Under the pieces are notes generated by a model that saw only the letters and a list, made by a program, of their open reading frames with translations, was not told the DNA's origin and made no database searches. A stretch of DNA of 64,000 nucleotides from Leptogorgia sarmentosa. Lineage: Eukaryota. The stretch covers positions 4,898,001-4,962,000 of the forward strand of contig OZ210885.1 of assembly GCA_964658305.1 (NCBI GenBank). The letters run 5' to 3'. Made by a program: the position numbers and the translations under genes. Of this stretch, positions 13,592 through 27,060 are shown piece after piece (positions within the stretch are counted from its first letter, which is position 1; every line of letters starts with the position of its first letter).

Positions 13592-16500
13592 TACTACTTA
13601 ATATTTACATATGTATGTTCGTTAAATGATGGTTATAAGTACTATTAATGATTTAAAAAAAAAAATTTTAGTAATAAAATATTATAATAATAAAAAGAAA
13701 TGTCTATCCTAATGGCGCTCATTCGTAAAAATCAAAATAAATAGTAAAATCAATCAAAGTCCCTATCTAATGGCTCCCTCAGTTGCTTCAATTTCAATGT
13801 CAGAATTCTTTAAGTCCCATGAGACCCTCTTAACAGTTCGTGATCCACGAAGACAGATTAGCGCTGATCTCAAAAGAGCGAAGGAAGTTCTTGCACGAAT
13901 CCAAGAGATTGTCTTGGCGTAGTCTTCTCCTTTTTTAATAGAAATTAGCTCGGCTAGACGGCTATGAAACATCCGGCATTCCTTCCCCATTCCACCCGTG
14001 GTCGTAAATACTAGTGGTGTGAAAGTTCCTTGCTCGATATCAAGAACTCTGCTTGCATACTGCCGCTTCTTCTCATTCTCATGCATGTGATAGATTTGTT
14101 GCGGTTCCAGATCTCTATAGCTTTCAGCATTTGGGTGACAAACCCTGACGTCGAAAAAGGCTGATTGCTGAGGCTCCCAAAGTCCACGTGCATGTATATC
14201 CAGTCTGGCATCTCTCGCTGTGTTCGACCCTCTTGTCAACTGCTCACCTGATACATCTTGCAGCACTGGTTCAGTCACGACATCGTTACAAACCATATTT
14301 ATCAACTCCGCTTCCAGATCCCTCAATTCGTTATGTCTCTGAATGACAAACCCCCCTCTCTTACAAATCATGGCGTGATCGACGTTAAACAGTTCCCCGC
14401 ACACGCAGGTAGATGGAAGATCGTCAATTTGCCAGTCATAACGTAGTTTGACTCCGTCCTTAAACTGCCTTTTGTTAAGATTAAATCCTAACTCTTTAAG
14501 AGGCAGCACTGTTAGCCACATCGATGATCCTTTTTCGGCAGCCAATTCTAGTGCGCGTCGAGTCTTCTGAGGTGCGACTTCCTTTATTCCATTGACCTTG
14601 TTTTCATTATCCTTTGCTCTCTCTTCTCTTACCTCTTGCTGTGCTGACGCTATCAGGGAGGGATCTGGTAACTGATGTGCTTGGGACACAATCTGTGTAA
14701 CAAGAGGCGTGGTTACTTTGATTGATGACATGTACTCACGCTGTGCATCGTCACACGGGTTCCCTAGACCCAATCCTCCCAAGCGTACTGGTAACGATAG
14801 TATTTCCCTGTCCAACTGACTACACTGCCGATCTGCAAGAGCAGGGATAAGAATACGTGATATAGCGTTCTCTAATGGCTCAAGCAGATCCTGAATATCT
14901 GGAATGGTTCTGATAAAATACGTCCATCGATGTTTTAGGCCAAACGTATATGCTGCATAGCACGCTTGGGGCTGAACCGCGGCGAACTCGGCTAGTTTCG
15001 TTACTTCACTGATCCAGTTGGACACCTTATCACTTACATAGTCCTCCACATATTCTCGTGAACCAATCGCAGCTCCAAGATGTTTCTGCCCTTGTGTTGT
15101 TACATTCACAGCTGTCTCCTTGAACGCCTCCTTCACGGGATCCTCCTTGTCTGGCTTGGTGATAATCCAGCATTTCTTGGCGTTTGGGAAGTATGGCAAA
15201 TCCGGGCCTATCGTACTCAGAGTGTCCCACCACTTCTTGATATCCGAAACAGAGCCAGCTCCGCTTGCATCGTCTGCAAACCAGCATTGCTTGATTTCAC
15301 ATGCTTCCTGGAGACTAGTAATTAAAGGTTGCATACTTAAGGTGTATAGCCCCATTGCGAGAGGGTCGCCCTGTGTTGTTCCTTCAGCTGAGGGGATTTC
15401 CTGACCTCCGGTGATAAACAGGCGTGATGAAAGTCTATAGGTGTTGATTGCATAGACCGCGATGATCGGACATAGGACCCGGATATTATGCAGTGCCATC
15501 GCTCGGTTTAGTGAGTTGAATGCATTAGACGCATCAATTAACAGCACCGCATCGGTTTCGTCACTCTCAAATATAGTATGCATTGCATGTATGGCGGCTT
15601 CACTTCCAGCTTTCTGTCCCGCGCATAGCTGAAGAGACCCGCTAGCCTCTACAACATCATTCTTAACAACGTTCATTACACACTTTCCCATGATTCGCCG
15701 GATCACCTCGCCCACACCTATTGGCCTAACTGAACCTTCGCCTTTATCAAGTGGGATTAAGCGGCTTGCCACTACTGCTTCTATAGTACTTGGATCAATA
15801 AACTGTGTGCACAGAATCTTGGTCATAGTAGCTATCGCATCACATAAATTAGAAGATGATTTTTTGAAGGACTTGTTAGCCAGCATTCTTCTAAAACCGT
15901 TCGCATCGATGCCGGATGGCCCTCCGGATCCCTTGGTTCACAGCGCAGCTTGTCGGATCATGTCACCGTTAATCTCTGAAAACAGCGACTCTGGTATGGC
16001 ATCATCGATTGGCCCAAAAAGCAGGGAGCCTAATTTTGCTGGTTTTGGATCTGGATGTTTTTCTTTGAGTTGTGCCATTACGTCATCCGTCAAGCCTAGC
16101 ACACCACCACTAGATGTCTCACTCACAAAACGTAACGCTGCTTTGATCTGGCCTTCGAGAACAAGCTTTGCAAATATTTTAGATTTATTGGGCGGGTCTG
16201 ATATTTTCGACTTTCCGATGCGACCTTGAATAAGTCTTCCTTCGCGTAGCAGTTTATGAATTTCACCTTCTTTCCATAGGACAAGTCGCTTAGACAATGC
16301 CTCCACGTGATCTTTTGCCTTTGACTTGGGACCTGGTTTTTGGAGGCCCACGGCGAGAAGAACAAATGCAGCCTTCAGCGAGACATGTTGTTCATCCGAA
16401 CCATTATTCCAGCTATTTATGTGTACCGTCACTTGATCAATAAAGTCACGCCCTACTTTCCCGTAAGGTACAAGAAAAGCATTCTTTCTCCAATTGACAA

Positions 16501-17260
16501 TCTCGTTATAAGCGTTAACTATGTCTGACGCCGATATAATAGTTGTAGTTCCGTCACTTCTCTTTCCCCAATTGATCGTAGATGGTTTACGGACGGGGTC
16601 ATACGCTGGAAGGCATCCCGGGTAGCATTCATTTTCTTGATTGTTATCGTTTTCACTTGCATTGTCTAAGACCGCATTGTTCTTGGCTGCACCGCGCGCA
16701 TTGTCTTCATTTCGCTCTGTCTCCCCTGTTCCTCCTGGGATTTCGCTAACAGGACAGGTCATATGCAAATCTATGGTCGATGTTGCTTGAGTAGAATTAG
16801 CATAACTATAGCTCTCCGCTTCTTGAATATTATATGTATCGTTGTTTACAAACTCTGCATTTAAGCTCGCTGAATCCGTTCTAACTGCTCGAACATTTCT
16901 AGGTATATTATCTACACTAGATATAGATTCGGCACTATTCCCCGTCTGTTTATCTCCTATGACGTTTTGTGAACACTCGCCATGTAATTTTCTAAACTCT
17001 GATTCTAGCCTTGCAGCTTGATCACGCAAGTTTTGATTTGAGAATCCGTATTCCCCATATCCTTTAGCATCCCATAACTCTCTCATGATCTTAATATAGC
17101 CGCCTTTCTTTCTCCCATTTCTCTCAAGCGGCGGCTGTTCTGATTTTGTCAAAGCAATGGCCTCGCGCTTACAGCACAATAGATCCTCTTTCATCTGCGG
17201 TGTCCATGTCTTTTTCGGTTTGAGCTGCCTTCGTTCCGCCATGATGCTAATGGTACACAC
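13592..17260 (-). mobile_element. CRE-clade non-LTR retrotransposon, apparently full length; single ~1160-codon ORF (17242-13763) with one in-frame stop at 15938-15940
   Basis: [43 protein letters not shown]...RHN, ARLDI, FFDVRV, EKKRQY, FTPLVF. ORFs 17260-15938 and 15886-13763 are in the same frame. Confidence 0.9.
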
Positions 17261-17283
17261 TAATAATAATAATAATAATAAAC

Positions 17284-17319
<36 letters not shown>

Positions 17320-17322
17320 TAA
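17261..17322. repeat. (AAT)n microsatellite abutting the CRE 5' end
   Basis: Directly visible. Confidence 0.95.
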
Positions 17323-19627
17323 TAGCAGTAAGAATTTTGAGACAGTTCGTGGAATTCTAAAAGGAGGGTTTCCCAAGACTCCATGTAATGTGTAAGCAAT
17401 GGGCAGCTGAGTTTAGAGTGACCATAATTTGTTTTCAATGTATTTTAGCGATTAACAAAAACAACACCTTTTGATGGGAAAAGAGAATCCTGTTTTTCTT
17501 GCATACACTGGTTCACATTATATGCTGTTGACCAGACCATGCAAATTAGATGAAGAATGTATGAACACTCCAGACCAATCAGAATATCATTGTAATTATG
17601 CTTTAATATTGACACTTATTAGAAAATGTTGCAAATGTTTTTTGAATCAATTGCTACTAACAAATGTATGTTTATACTGTAAATATGGTAACAATCTTTG
17701 TAGTTGCTGAGAAGCATAAAGGTGCACAGCAATTTTTTATGTCTGGTCCAGAAGAGTATCAGCCTGGTGTGAGCATTTTCAAAGGAAGAAAAATACAGGT
17801 GTGACTCAAAACAAAACGAAAATGTATGCCTAGTAAACTTAGGGACATGCCAGATACTGCTTTACCAGATACTGGATAGAACCAGATTGTAGTCTCTCGG
17901 ATACTGGTTGAGAAAATAACTGGATACTGGTTCTATTAGTGACAGACATATTAAAATATAATGAAAAATAATATTAAAATGTGGCATATTGATATAGTTT
18001 TTTTTATCATGGCAATGAGGTTTAAGATTAGAATTGAGTATTATTATAAATGATATTTATTTACCCATTATTATAAAGTAATTAAAGCCATTAATTTGGG
18101 CTTAATTTTCAATAGGTAAGGAAGCTTCTATCCAGTGTACACTACTATGAGATCACTGAATTAAAGCACTAACCAGTAATGATAAGACCAGGACTGGTAA
18201 TACTTTACTGAATAGCATAATTCCACCAGATATTGGATCTGGCACATCCCTACGAGTAATGCAGACAGACTGTATGCAAAAATAGAGTGCAAAATAATGT
18301 ACTGCAGCCTGGTTACCATAATTATATACAGTAGTCATGCAAGCACAATAGGCACATGACACACTCCCGTGATAGTAAAAGTCATTTTTCGTTGTTATTT
18401 TAGCTGGACAAAGACCCCCCGTCTCCCATATGTATAAGCTCTGGTTCTGAACAAAGTGAATGTGTACGAGAGGAGAAAGTTCCACATGTTAACCAGGTAT
18501 TTGGGCCCTATTATTACTAGCACCTTTCCTTGTTATTTAATTTATGGATGTTCTGTCCATAATGTGTTTGCTGGTTATCATAAAGTAATCTACATCTGAC
18601 AGTATATAGGATTTTTTTCTGGAAGGCAGTTGTAATTCAGCATTAAATTTGGATGCCAATAGCTGGGTTTCATTAGGTTATGTGAGGAGTTGAGACAAAG
18701 GCAGATGGTGGTCAAATAATGAGATTCAAAAAATATTCTAATAAGATTCTTTTGTATATCTGACCATCATGTGCACTGATGACATTTGATTTTTTTAAAA
18801 GAATTCAGACACAAAGAATGGGCTTCCTCTCCATGTCAGTAGTAGTTCAGAAAATGACATAGCACTTAGAAAACCAAGTCAAAGAGAAAAAGAAGAAAAT
18901 CAGAGGTTTGTTTCAGCCTTACTTCAGTTAAATTGTATGCCCCTTCCCTAATTTCAACTGGATAGGGTTAGGAAATTGTATACAATGCTCTTGGGCAACA
19001 GATGATTCATTCTCAACCAGCATGTACTGAAAATAGTGCAGCTGTAATATGCTCCAAATTGCAATTTAAACTGAAAATTTGAATTATTTTATGTTCCAAG
19101 GATACAGTAGAAGAGTTAGTCCTATCCATGAGTGGTCTGAGTTCAAATGACAACTCCCCAATCAAAAAGAGAAGGGAGGAAACCTTAAAGGGTAATGGAA
19201 GTGAAAAGAAGCTGTTTTCTGATGATGAGTAAGTAAATGCTGTTAAATATGAAATAAAATTAATCAAATCTTATTGATTAAATATTACAGAGAAGACTTT
19301 TAGTAACAAAGACTGCAGTCTAGTACACTGTTTTAAATTGTGGTACAGTAATAGGCTGTGCTATACTATATATCACAGTTTGATACAAGTGATTGCCACA
19401 TTAAGTTTACAGAGTTCTAAATAATTGTATATATGTGATATATTGTGATGAATATTGTGAATGAGACTGTAAATATCAAGTCTGTTTAATGTACATTGTA
19501 ATAAAATGTACTGTGCTGCACGTCAGTTTCTAAATGTTTGGCAGTATGTGCTGCAGTTAGATGATTCTTTCCGAAATATCGTATATCAGGCCTGAATAAT
19601 ATATAATTATTTCCATTTCTTTATAGA

Positions 19628-22038
19628 GATGTCATTTTTCTCCATAAAGAGGGAAAACGGTCATATCTAAACCAAGATGCTATCGATAAATTGCCAACGT
19701 TATCAACAGCTAAGGTGCCTGCATTACCCAATGGCCCATCAAAATACAAGGTAGAATACAACCAAAAAGATCCTCTTGCCCCAGTGTCCGATAACTGGAA
19801 TTGGGGGCGTACCCAACCATGTAATAGAAAAGGATTTTGTAATGGAGGGAGACGGACTCTACAGATCTGCAAAGGCTCTCTTGAATGTTGTAATTCACAG
19901 TGTATATACAAAAAGATCCACCGAGAAACCAACAAAGTAGATTTTACGATGAGTAAGAAATGTATCCACTGCAAGGCGAATGCTTTACCCATAGAATGTT
20001 GTGCAAGAAAGTACGTTGAACATGATCGTTGCCATAAGGACATGACAGTGGTATATATCGGTACCCATAACTGCTCACCAAGGACTCAAGAGAAAAAGCC
20101 AGAAAAGGAAAAACTAGAAGATTATTTGAAAACTCGGCCTACAAGTACAACAAAGCAAATCCAAGTGGAGAAAATCAGGGAAGCAATGCTTAGTGGAAAA
20201 GGTGTGAAGGAAATTGAGGATGTTGCTGACGAGTACAGTACCTTAAATCTGTTATTAACGACGAAAAGTTGCCAGGCGGATCTGACCTGGAGGCAATACG
20301 TTTACTTAAGGATGACTTCTTAAAACGAAACCTTGATAACAACCTAATACTCGAAGTTGGTGATAACTACGTTATTTTGTCCTCTGAAGAAAAGTTGCGT
20401 CTTGCAGCATTAATAACGATTGGTGTAGTAAATGAACCTGTTAGTCTTGATGGTTGTGAAAGTATTGCAAAAGGTTTCACTGCAGTCGAAATGACAACTT
20501 ACTTTCCACTTCTTCGCCGCAATATGAAGCTTGTTACTTTATTTGCTCCTAAACCAGGGGAAAATTCTGAGAATGTTGCAAAAATGGTCGAAGTCTTTGA
20601 CAGTGCCGTCAACAAAATCCTTCCCGCAATTGCAGAGGAATATGGACTTGTTGCGTCTGAGTTTGCGAACAGAGGGTTAGATCCACCAGCGTATGTTGGA
20701 GACGAGGGAGGTGCACTCTGGAAAGGACTGTGTAAAGTAAAAGGTACTTGCGTTAAGAATAAGACAATTTCAGATGAATTTCATGTAAAACAGGACATAC
20801 GAAGACACTGCAAGTACTTTAAAACAAAAACGGACCAGAAAAAGTTTGAAACGATCATGAACGATGCACTGAACGCAGCAACATCGATCGAAGCGAAAGA
20901 AGCAGAAAATAAGCTGGAAAAACTTATACAAAGTCGATCAACTAACTTATCGAAAATGACGAACTTTAAGAAGTGGTGGTGGAGGCGCAGAATATGATGG
21001 CAAAAATGGTGCCGAGCCAGTTGCATAACAAACGCGTCATCCGCTGAAGTGGCAAACGCCACTTCTGTCTCTTGCTTGGGTTACAGAAAGCGACTTCTTG
21101 ATGTTATTACCACTGACTGTTCTGCCGCTGTATTGGAAGCTGCAGAGGTCAGACGACAAAAGAGTGGCCTGAAGACTGTTGGTAAAGGCCCAACTGCCGC
21201 AGACAGATCTGAAAAAGAGGGGAAAATGCTACATTTTGACAGGGAACGCTCAGCATCTGCAGTACAATTTGTGAATGAAAACGCAGAAAGGTACAAGTCG
21301 TTGTCCGATATTGAAGACGTCGAAGACGAATACCACGTAAACACTCGAGATACTCATAGAGCAGACAAATCGAAGAAAGGTTCACACCAACATTCACATC
21401 AAAGAGCTGAGATTCACACCAACAAGAGAAATTTACAATTTTTCAAGAAACGCGTTGAGGGCATCACAATGGATGTCGTGGAATATAACAGCAGCATGAC
21501 ACAATTTCACTTCAAATTACTTGATACTATGGGCTATTTACAGGACATAAAAATCTCGAAGGAATCTGTCACTTGTTCGTCCTCTTTTTGCACCAACAAA
21601 TGTCATCACGCCACATGGCTATTACACAACATTCTACATTTAGGGAAAGATGAACCTTTGCTTTATAAAAAGCGCTATTCTGCTGCTGAATGGGAAACTA
21701 TTTTGCAGTCCTTTCCAGAAAACGTGACTCTAGCGCAACTCCCGACACGTAAAGAGCAAAGCTACAGAGTTGAACACCGTAATTCGATAGTGGATGCGAA
21801 GTGTGCTGCATGTAAAGCTGTTCTACGTGATGGTGATCTTCAAGTCACAACAGACGGACCTTACAGAACGATAATGCGGCACTGGATAACGAGGACATTC
21901 TTTTTTTGTCCCAAACTACGATGCATTTCCGCTATGCCGCGTAATTCTTTTATTCAACCATACAATCCGTCTACGATGAGTCTTCAGTTTGACTCGAATT
22001 TAAGTCTCGAGCAAAAGCAACTGCTTGGTGTTTCATAG
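19628..22038 (+). pseudogene. MULE transposase main exon: GCM/WRKY-like zinc domain, DDE core, SWIM finger, PARP-type zinc finger; one frameshift (~20240) and one stop (20995-20997)
   Basis: WNWG...CKGSLEC...C..C...C.ARK...YIGTHNC; VSLDG / VGDEGG / DEFH / WWW / AEVAN; VTCSSSFCTNKCHH; YRVE...AKCAACK...GDL. Confidence 0.75.
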
Positions 22039-22963
22039 ATTGATCGACATGTCAATTAAGAAGGATCTACGACTATGGCATAACTAACTGACGTTAAGTT
22101 TTGAGAGCGAAAGCAATGTACTTATTAATTCCTTTTACATGAATAATTGATGTTCTTCTTGTTGCAATTTAGCGAACACTAATACTATACCTGGAGTTTC
22201 ATTTTGTTTGGTTTATATTGTTAACGGTTAAAAACAGTAAAAAAGAATTATACAATGTAGTAGTACATAATAGCGTATAGTAATTAGTATTAGTCCAACG
22301 AGTACATGAAATTTTGTATATTGCTACACACCAAGAATCGCACAAGTTGTAACAAGCGCGCTGGAAGCCACGTGCATGATGCGTTTACAAGCCTTGTTTC
22401 AGACTTGATAACACCTCCTTCTGCGGCTTGTGAGATTTGCGCATCATGCCTCGCACGCCTCGCATCATGCCTCGCATCGTGGCTCGCACGCCTCGCATCG
22501 TGGCTCGCATGCCTCGCTGCCTCGCACATTTGTAAAACTCGTACCAAAGTAAAACACACTGATCTCAAAATCTAGTTCACAACAATGGAATTTTAGACGA
22601 ATTTTATCATAACATCAAGGAAAAAAAAAAGTTATTTTCAGTTTGTGACACTTTTTAATTCTTATATAGAGAAGGACGTTGACACAGAAACAACCCGAGT
22701 TAAACAGTTGTTGGAAAAAAGAAGTGAGGTAAATAAAACCTGGACTATAACTCCGTCACCACAAGCATTTTATAACACCACAAACATTTTAGAAGTCGGT
22801 GGTGTGTATACAATTCATGCAGTTCAAATCAATCAGTTAATTGTGATTACATTAATTGTCACACAGTTTGTATACACATCAGGCAGTATTTCAAGGTTCC
22901 CGCCCTAATTCGCCTAAACTTCCAGCTGCGTAAGTCATAACCACAATGTAACTGTTTAATGTA

Positions 22964-23887
22964 GATACCACCTGGTAGAACTGAAGTGAAAGAACCAAAT
23001 CAATTTTTCACGCAACTGTTTAAAAGCCTGGACGGAATTCAGAGAACTTTAGACAACATTTTGGAGAAAAGTTCAGCGGAATCTTCCATGCATAATTACG
23101 TCTGTTCTACCCCACCAAACAAAAAAACAAAGAATGTTGTCGAGGATGTGGTGGTGGACAAAATATCTGCCAAGTCTTCAAGTCCAAAAGTAAAATCGCT
23201 TAACTGTCAATGAAAAATTGTAATGTCCATTTATGCTCTGATGAGTGTGAGCGCCAGGTATCGAGTACTCCAATATGTTCTTTTTCACTTGGTGTTTATA
23301 CTAGGTCCAAGAAGTTACAATTGACATCGAGGAGTATGCGAAAGATGAAGAATTTGTAAGATATCATATTTACAGTACAATACTTTAGTTATGTACTAAT
23401 CCTTAGACTTAGTTTAATGTCACAACATTGCGCATCTATTTTCAAAAGGTTCGCTAACAAACCAATGAAGCTTTTGATCGTTGGTTAACCGAACCGAGAG
23501 ATTCAAAAGGCAAGAAAAAAGTCCTGAGTCAGGAAAAAATAAATTTAATAAAGAGTAAGTTTTTGCAGTTTTTCTTTGGTTTTGCAGTCATTACTTAAAC
23601 GAGCATTAACCAAAAAGCAGATTGTTATAATTATGTACATTTTTGATGTTTTTAAAACGTGTTAATCTTTATGAGGCAAGCCCAACTGGAAAAATAAAAA
23701 ATGAATTTATTTTTTCACGGAGTGCTTGAGTGTTAAATACGAAGAAAAAATTCAGAGGAATTGGTCGGAAATACGCCAGAGCCTCAACCAAAAGTGTTTG
23801 GATAAAAAAAGCAATATTTAAAGAGAAGTCAATTAGACTTCAAGAAAAAGGAAGATACGGATGATGGTGATGAGAACGATGAGTGAG
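22964..23887 (+). pseudogene. Spliced BEN-like domain gene, probable accessory ORF of the EnSpm-type element
   Basis: Short exon-like segments encode KGKKKVLSQEKINLIK and CLSVKYEEKIQRNWSEIRQSLNQKC, resembling the C-terminal helices of BEN domains. Confidence 0.5.
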
Positions 23888-23994
23888 AATTAAAAACAAT
23901 ATATATAATTATTATTGTACAGTATAACTTGTTAAACAGCCATATTAATCCATTATTCAAATCAACATGAAAGCTTGTGTGTTGTGTCATTTTT

Positions 23995-24435
23995 CTTTCA
24001 GATTTTTAAGATCTTACAATTAAAACATTACATTTAAGATTTTATGATCCTTTAAGGATCCTTTAAGATTACTATAAGATATTAATAGGATCTTTCAGGA
24101 TAAATATAAAATTTTGTTAAGATCCTTTAAGATTTTTATAAAATCTTATTAGGATCCTTCAAGATTATTATAAGATCTTATTACGCCCATTAAAATTATT
24201 ATAAGATCCTATCCTTTAGGATATTATAATAAGATCCTTTAAGATTACAATAAGATCTTATTAAGATCATTTAAGACGTATATAAGATCTTATTAAAAGC
24301 TATTGATATTTATAAGATCTTATTAAAAGCCATTGATATTTATAAGATCTTATTATGATCCTTTAAGATTTATCCAAGATCTTACCAGGATCTTTTAAGG
24401 TTTTAATTATGTTCTTATTAAGATCCTATTAAAAC
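23995..24435. repeat. Array of palindromic AAGATCTT/AGGATCCT motifs, right
   Basis: Many imperfect copies of TAAGATCTTATTAGGATCCTTTAAGATT. Confidence 0.85.
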
Positions 24436-27060
24436 TTCTTGTGGAGAGTTGATTAGAGCCATTGACAACACTCTCAGGCAAATCATTCCATGCAGAGGAC
24501 CCCCGATATGAAAAAGATTTTTTCATGAAATTGGTCTTTGGTTTTCCTAAATGGAGTTTAGAGTCATTGCTTCTTAGTTGGTAGGTATCATAATGGTTAA
24601 ATTTAAACATTTCTGACATATAACCTGGTAGTTTGTTTTGGATGGCCTTAAATGTCATGATGATTTCTCTTTTCCTAAATATATTTTCGATTGGTTCCCA
24701 GCCTAATCGTGCGAAGATATCCATAGATCGAATCTCATAGCTTGATCCTGTGATCACTCGAGCAGCTCGCTTTTGCATTTTGTAGAGTTTATTACCATTG
24801 GTACAATTGTCACTCCACACGGTTGAACAATATGTGAAATTAGGCAAAACTAGGGAGTTAAACATTGTATTTAGCATCTCCATAGTTACAAAACTCTTCA
24901 CGCGTCTTAATAGTGCAATAGATTTAGATATTTTTTTACATTGTACATCAATATGTTCTCCCCATTTTAATTCTTCATCTAAAACAATGGCTAATACTTT
25001 CTTGTTTTTAACCTCTTTAATGTTATAGTTACCAATGGTTATATTGGGTTTTTCTGAAAATCGTTTCAGTTTTCTCTTTGATGCTATTAACATAAATTCT
25101 GTTTTTTCTGCGTTAAGTGTTAACTTGTTTGCTTCCAGCCAAGTATTAACATTACTCAGATCATTGTTTAGCTTATTTTGAATCTCTAAAAGCGAACTAC
25201 CAGAGGCTGAAATATTGGTATCGTCAGCGAACATTGAAGCCTTGGTTTCTTCCAGGCAATTTGGAAGATCATTAATATAAATTGAAAATAACAGCGGACC
25301 CAAATTGGAACCTTGTGGTACTCCGCATGTTACTTTATTCGGTTGTGAATCAATTCCTTGAATAGTGCACTTTTGGATTCTATTGCTTATGTATGATTTA
25401 AAAAGATTCAGAGCTACTCCAGCAATTCCATAAGTCTTCAGTTTTGATAATAAAATTTGGTGATCAACCGTATCAAACGCTTTTTTGAGATCAAGGAACA
25501 AGACACCATTCAATATTCCTTTATCCATGTTAAAAAGATACTGGTCTGTTACATGCAAAAGAGCTGTTTCTGTGGAATGGTATTTCCGAAAACCAGATTG
25601 TTGTTTAACAATTATATTGTTATCGTTTAAATAAAGAGCAAGTTGGTCAGAAATGAGCATTTCTAAAACTTTTGCAATTGCCGATATTACAGAAATTGGT
25701 CTATAATTTCCACATTCACTTTTATCTCCATCCTTAAATACCGGAGTTACCCTAGATTGTTTTAAATCGTCTGGGAATATACCAGTTGCCAGCACCAAAT
25801 TGATTATATAAAGCAGAGACTCATATATAGTGTATCCTGCAGCATTTAACAATTTGTTTCAGATTTTATCAAGTCCCACTGCTTTATTTGTTTTTATCCT
25901 ACTCAGAACATTAGTTAAATCCTCGACAGAGATTTGCTTAAACTCAAATTGGCTAGTACAAGGAGTAATGTATTGTAGATGATCGACATTGTTTGTTGGA
26001 ATTTTTTCAGCTAATTTAGGACCTATCTCGCAAAAGAATTTGTTGAACTCATTTGCAATGTTTTCGTTACCGGTAATAGTTTTCCCATTTACTTTAAGTT
26101 GGTTTACAGCTGTTCTTTTGGGTTTTCTATTAAGTAATTCATTTATGTACTTCCAACAGTCTTTACTATTTTTACTATTCTCCTGCTTTTTTTGATAGTA
26201 ATGAGTTTTAGAACTTCTAATTAGCTTCGTAACTTGGTTTTTGCATTTTTTGTAAGCCTCATGATATGTAGCTGAATTTAATTTCACTGCTTTTTTCTTA
26301 AGGTAGTCTCTATGATAACTTAGATATTTTATCTTATTGTTGAGCCATGGGCAACTTTCATTTCTTATTTTCCTATACGGTGCATGGATATCTGCAATTC
26401 GGTAAAATATTTCTTTCCACTCTTTTAATGCAGTATTCGGATCTGAATGAAACTCAAAATATTTAAACGCTTCTGATAAATCATGCTGGAACTCGCCAAT
26501 ATTAAAATTTTTAAATTGCCTTGTTTCAATAAACTACGGCTCCTGTTTGGGAATTCCTATTTTTCTACAAATATATACCAAGTTATGGTCACTGATGCCC
26601 AGTTCTATTACACCTGATTGAATAGTTTTAGTATCATCGATTTTCATAATTATAATGTCTATCAATGTTTTTGACTTAATAGTGGTTCTGGTAGGCATGT
26701 TGATATGCTGTTGTAACTGATAAATGTCTATTAGGTCCTGAAGCGTCCTAGTATTAAGATTATTGTTGCTACAGTATGTCTGTTTATCATATTGCAGTTG
26801 AAATCACCTGCTATAACTATCTCTTTATTCTCATTATCGATATTTTTAAGAAAAGTTTCAAAATCATTGAAAAATTGTGGTTTTGATCCAGGAGGGCGGT
26901 ACCAAGTAAAGATTAATAATGGTTTACTTAAAATGTTGTTTAGAAATGAATATAAACAATTCATCCTTATGTTTCATTAAACTAGCAATATTTAAATGTC
27001 CAATCTTAAAACCCTTAAGCTTGGGATAAGTCACTTCAGATTCGTTTAGGCTATTATTTA
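24407..27060 (-). mobile_element. CR1/L2-group LINE ORF2 (APE endonuclease remnant + RT), with stops and frameshifts
   Basis: WYRPP, GDFN, SDH, NYRPIS, DLKKAFDTVDH, GVPQGSNLGP, FADDT. Confidence 0.9.

Larger units (their letters stand above)
10696..17580 (+). pseudogene. OTU-like cysteine protease domain exons of the MULE gene (10696-10890, 11221-11409, 17449-~17580)
   Basis: GT-AG phase-0 junctions. Cys box DPSGAKNRCFYECIS; middle exon NHVVIRSAASLFSININVID; His box VFLAYTGSHY after an apparent 1-nt insertion near 17480. Confidence 0.6.
10408..22540 (+). mobile_element. Mutator-like (MULE) DNA transposon, both ends present, 12.1 kb including nested retroelements
   Basis: Direct repeat GTACCAAAG at 10399-10407 and 22541-22549. 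Imperfect TIRs GGGTGATTACAAATTGCGAGGCA vs GAGTTTTACAAATGTGCGAGGCA. GCGAGGC subterminal repeats at both ends. Confidence 0.85.

Noticed and set aside
22290..22575. Repetitive ORFs (ARRASHD / LARLASW)
   Set aside because: These are translations of the MULE right-end GCCTCGC subterminal array.
23995..24435. Regularly spaced palindromic repeats (also 5745-5990) as a CRISPR array
   Set aside because: The units are degenerate and contiguous, with no unique spacers and no cas genes. The context is eukaryotic, and they fit transposon subterminal repeats.
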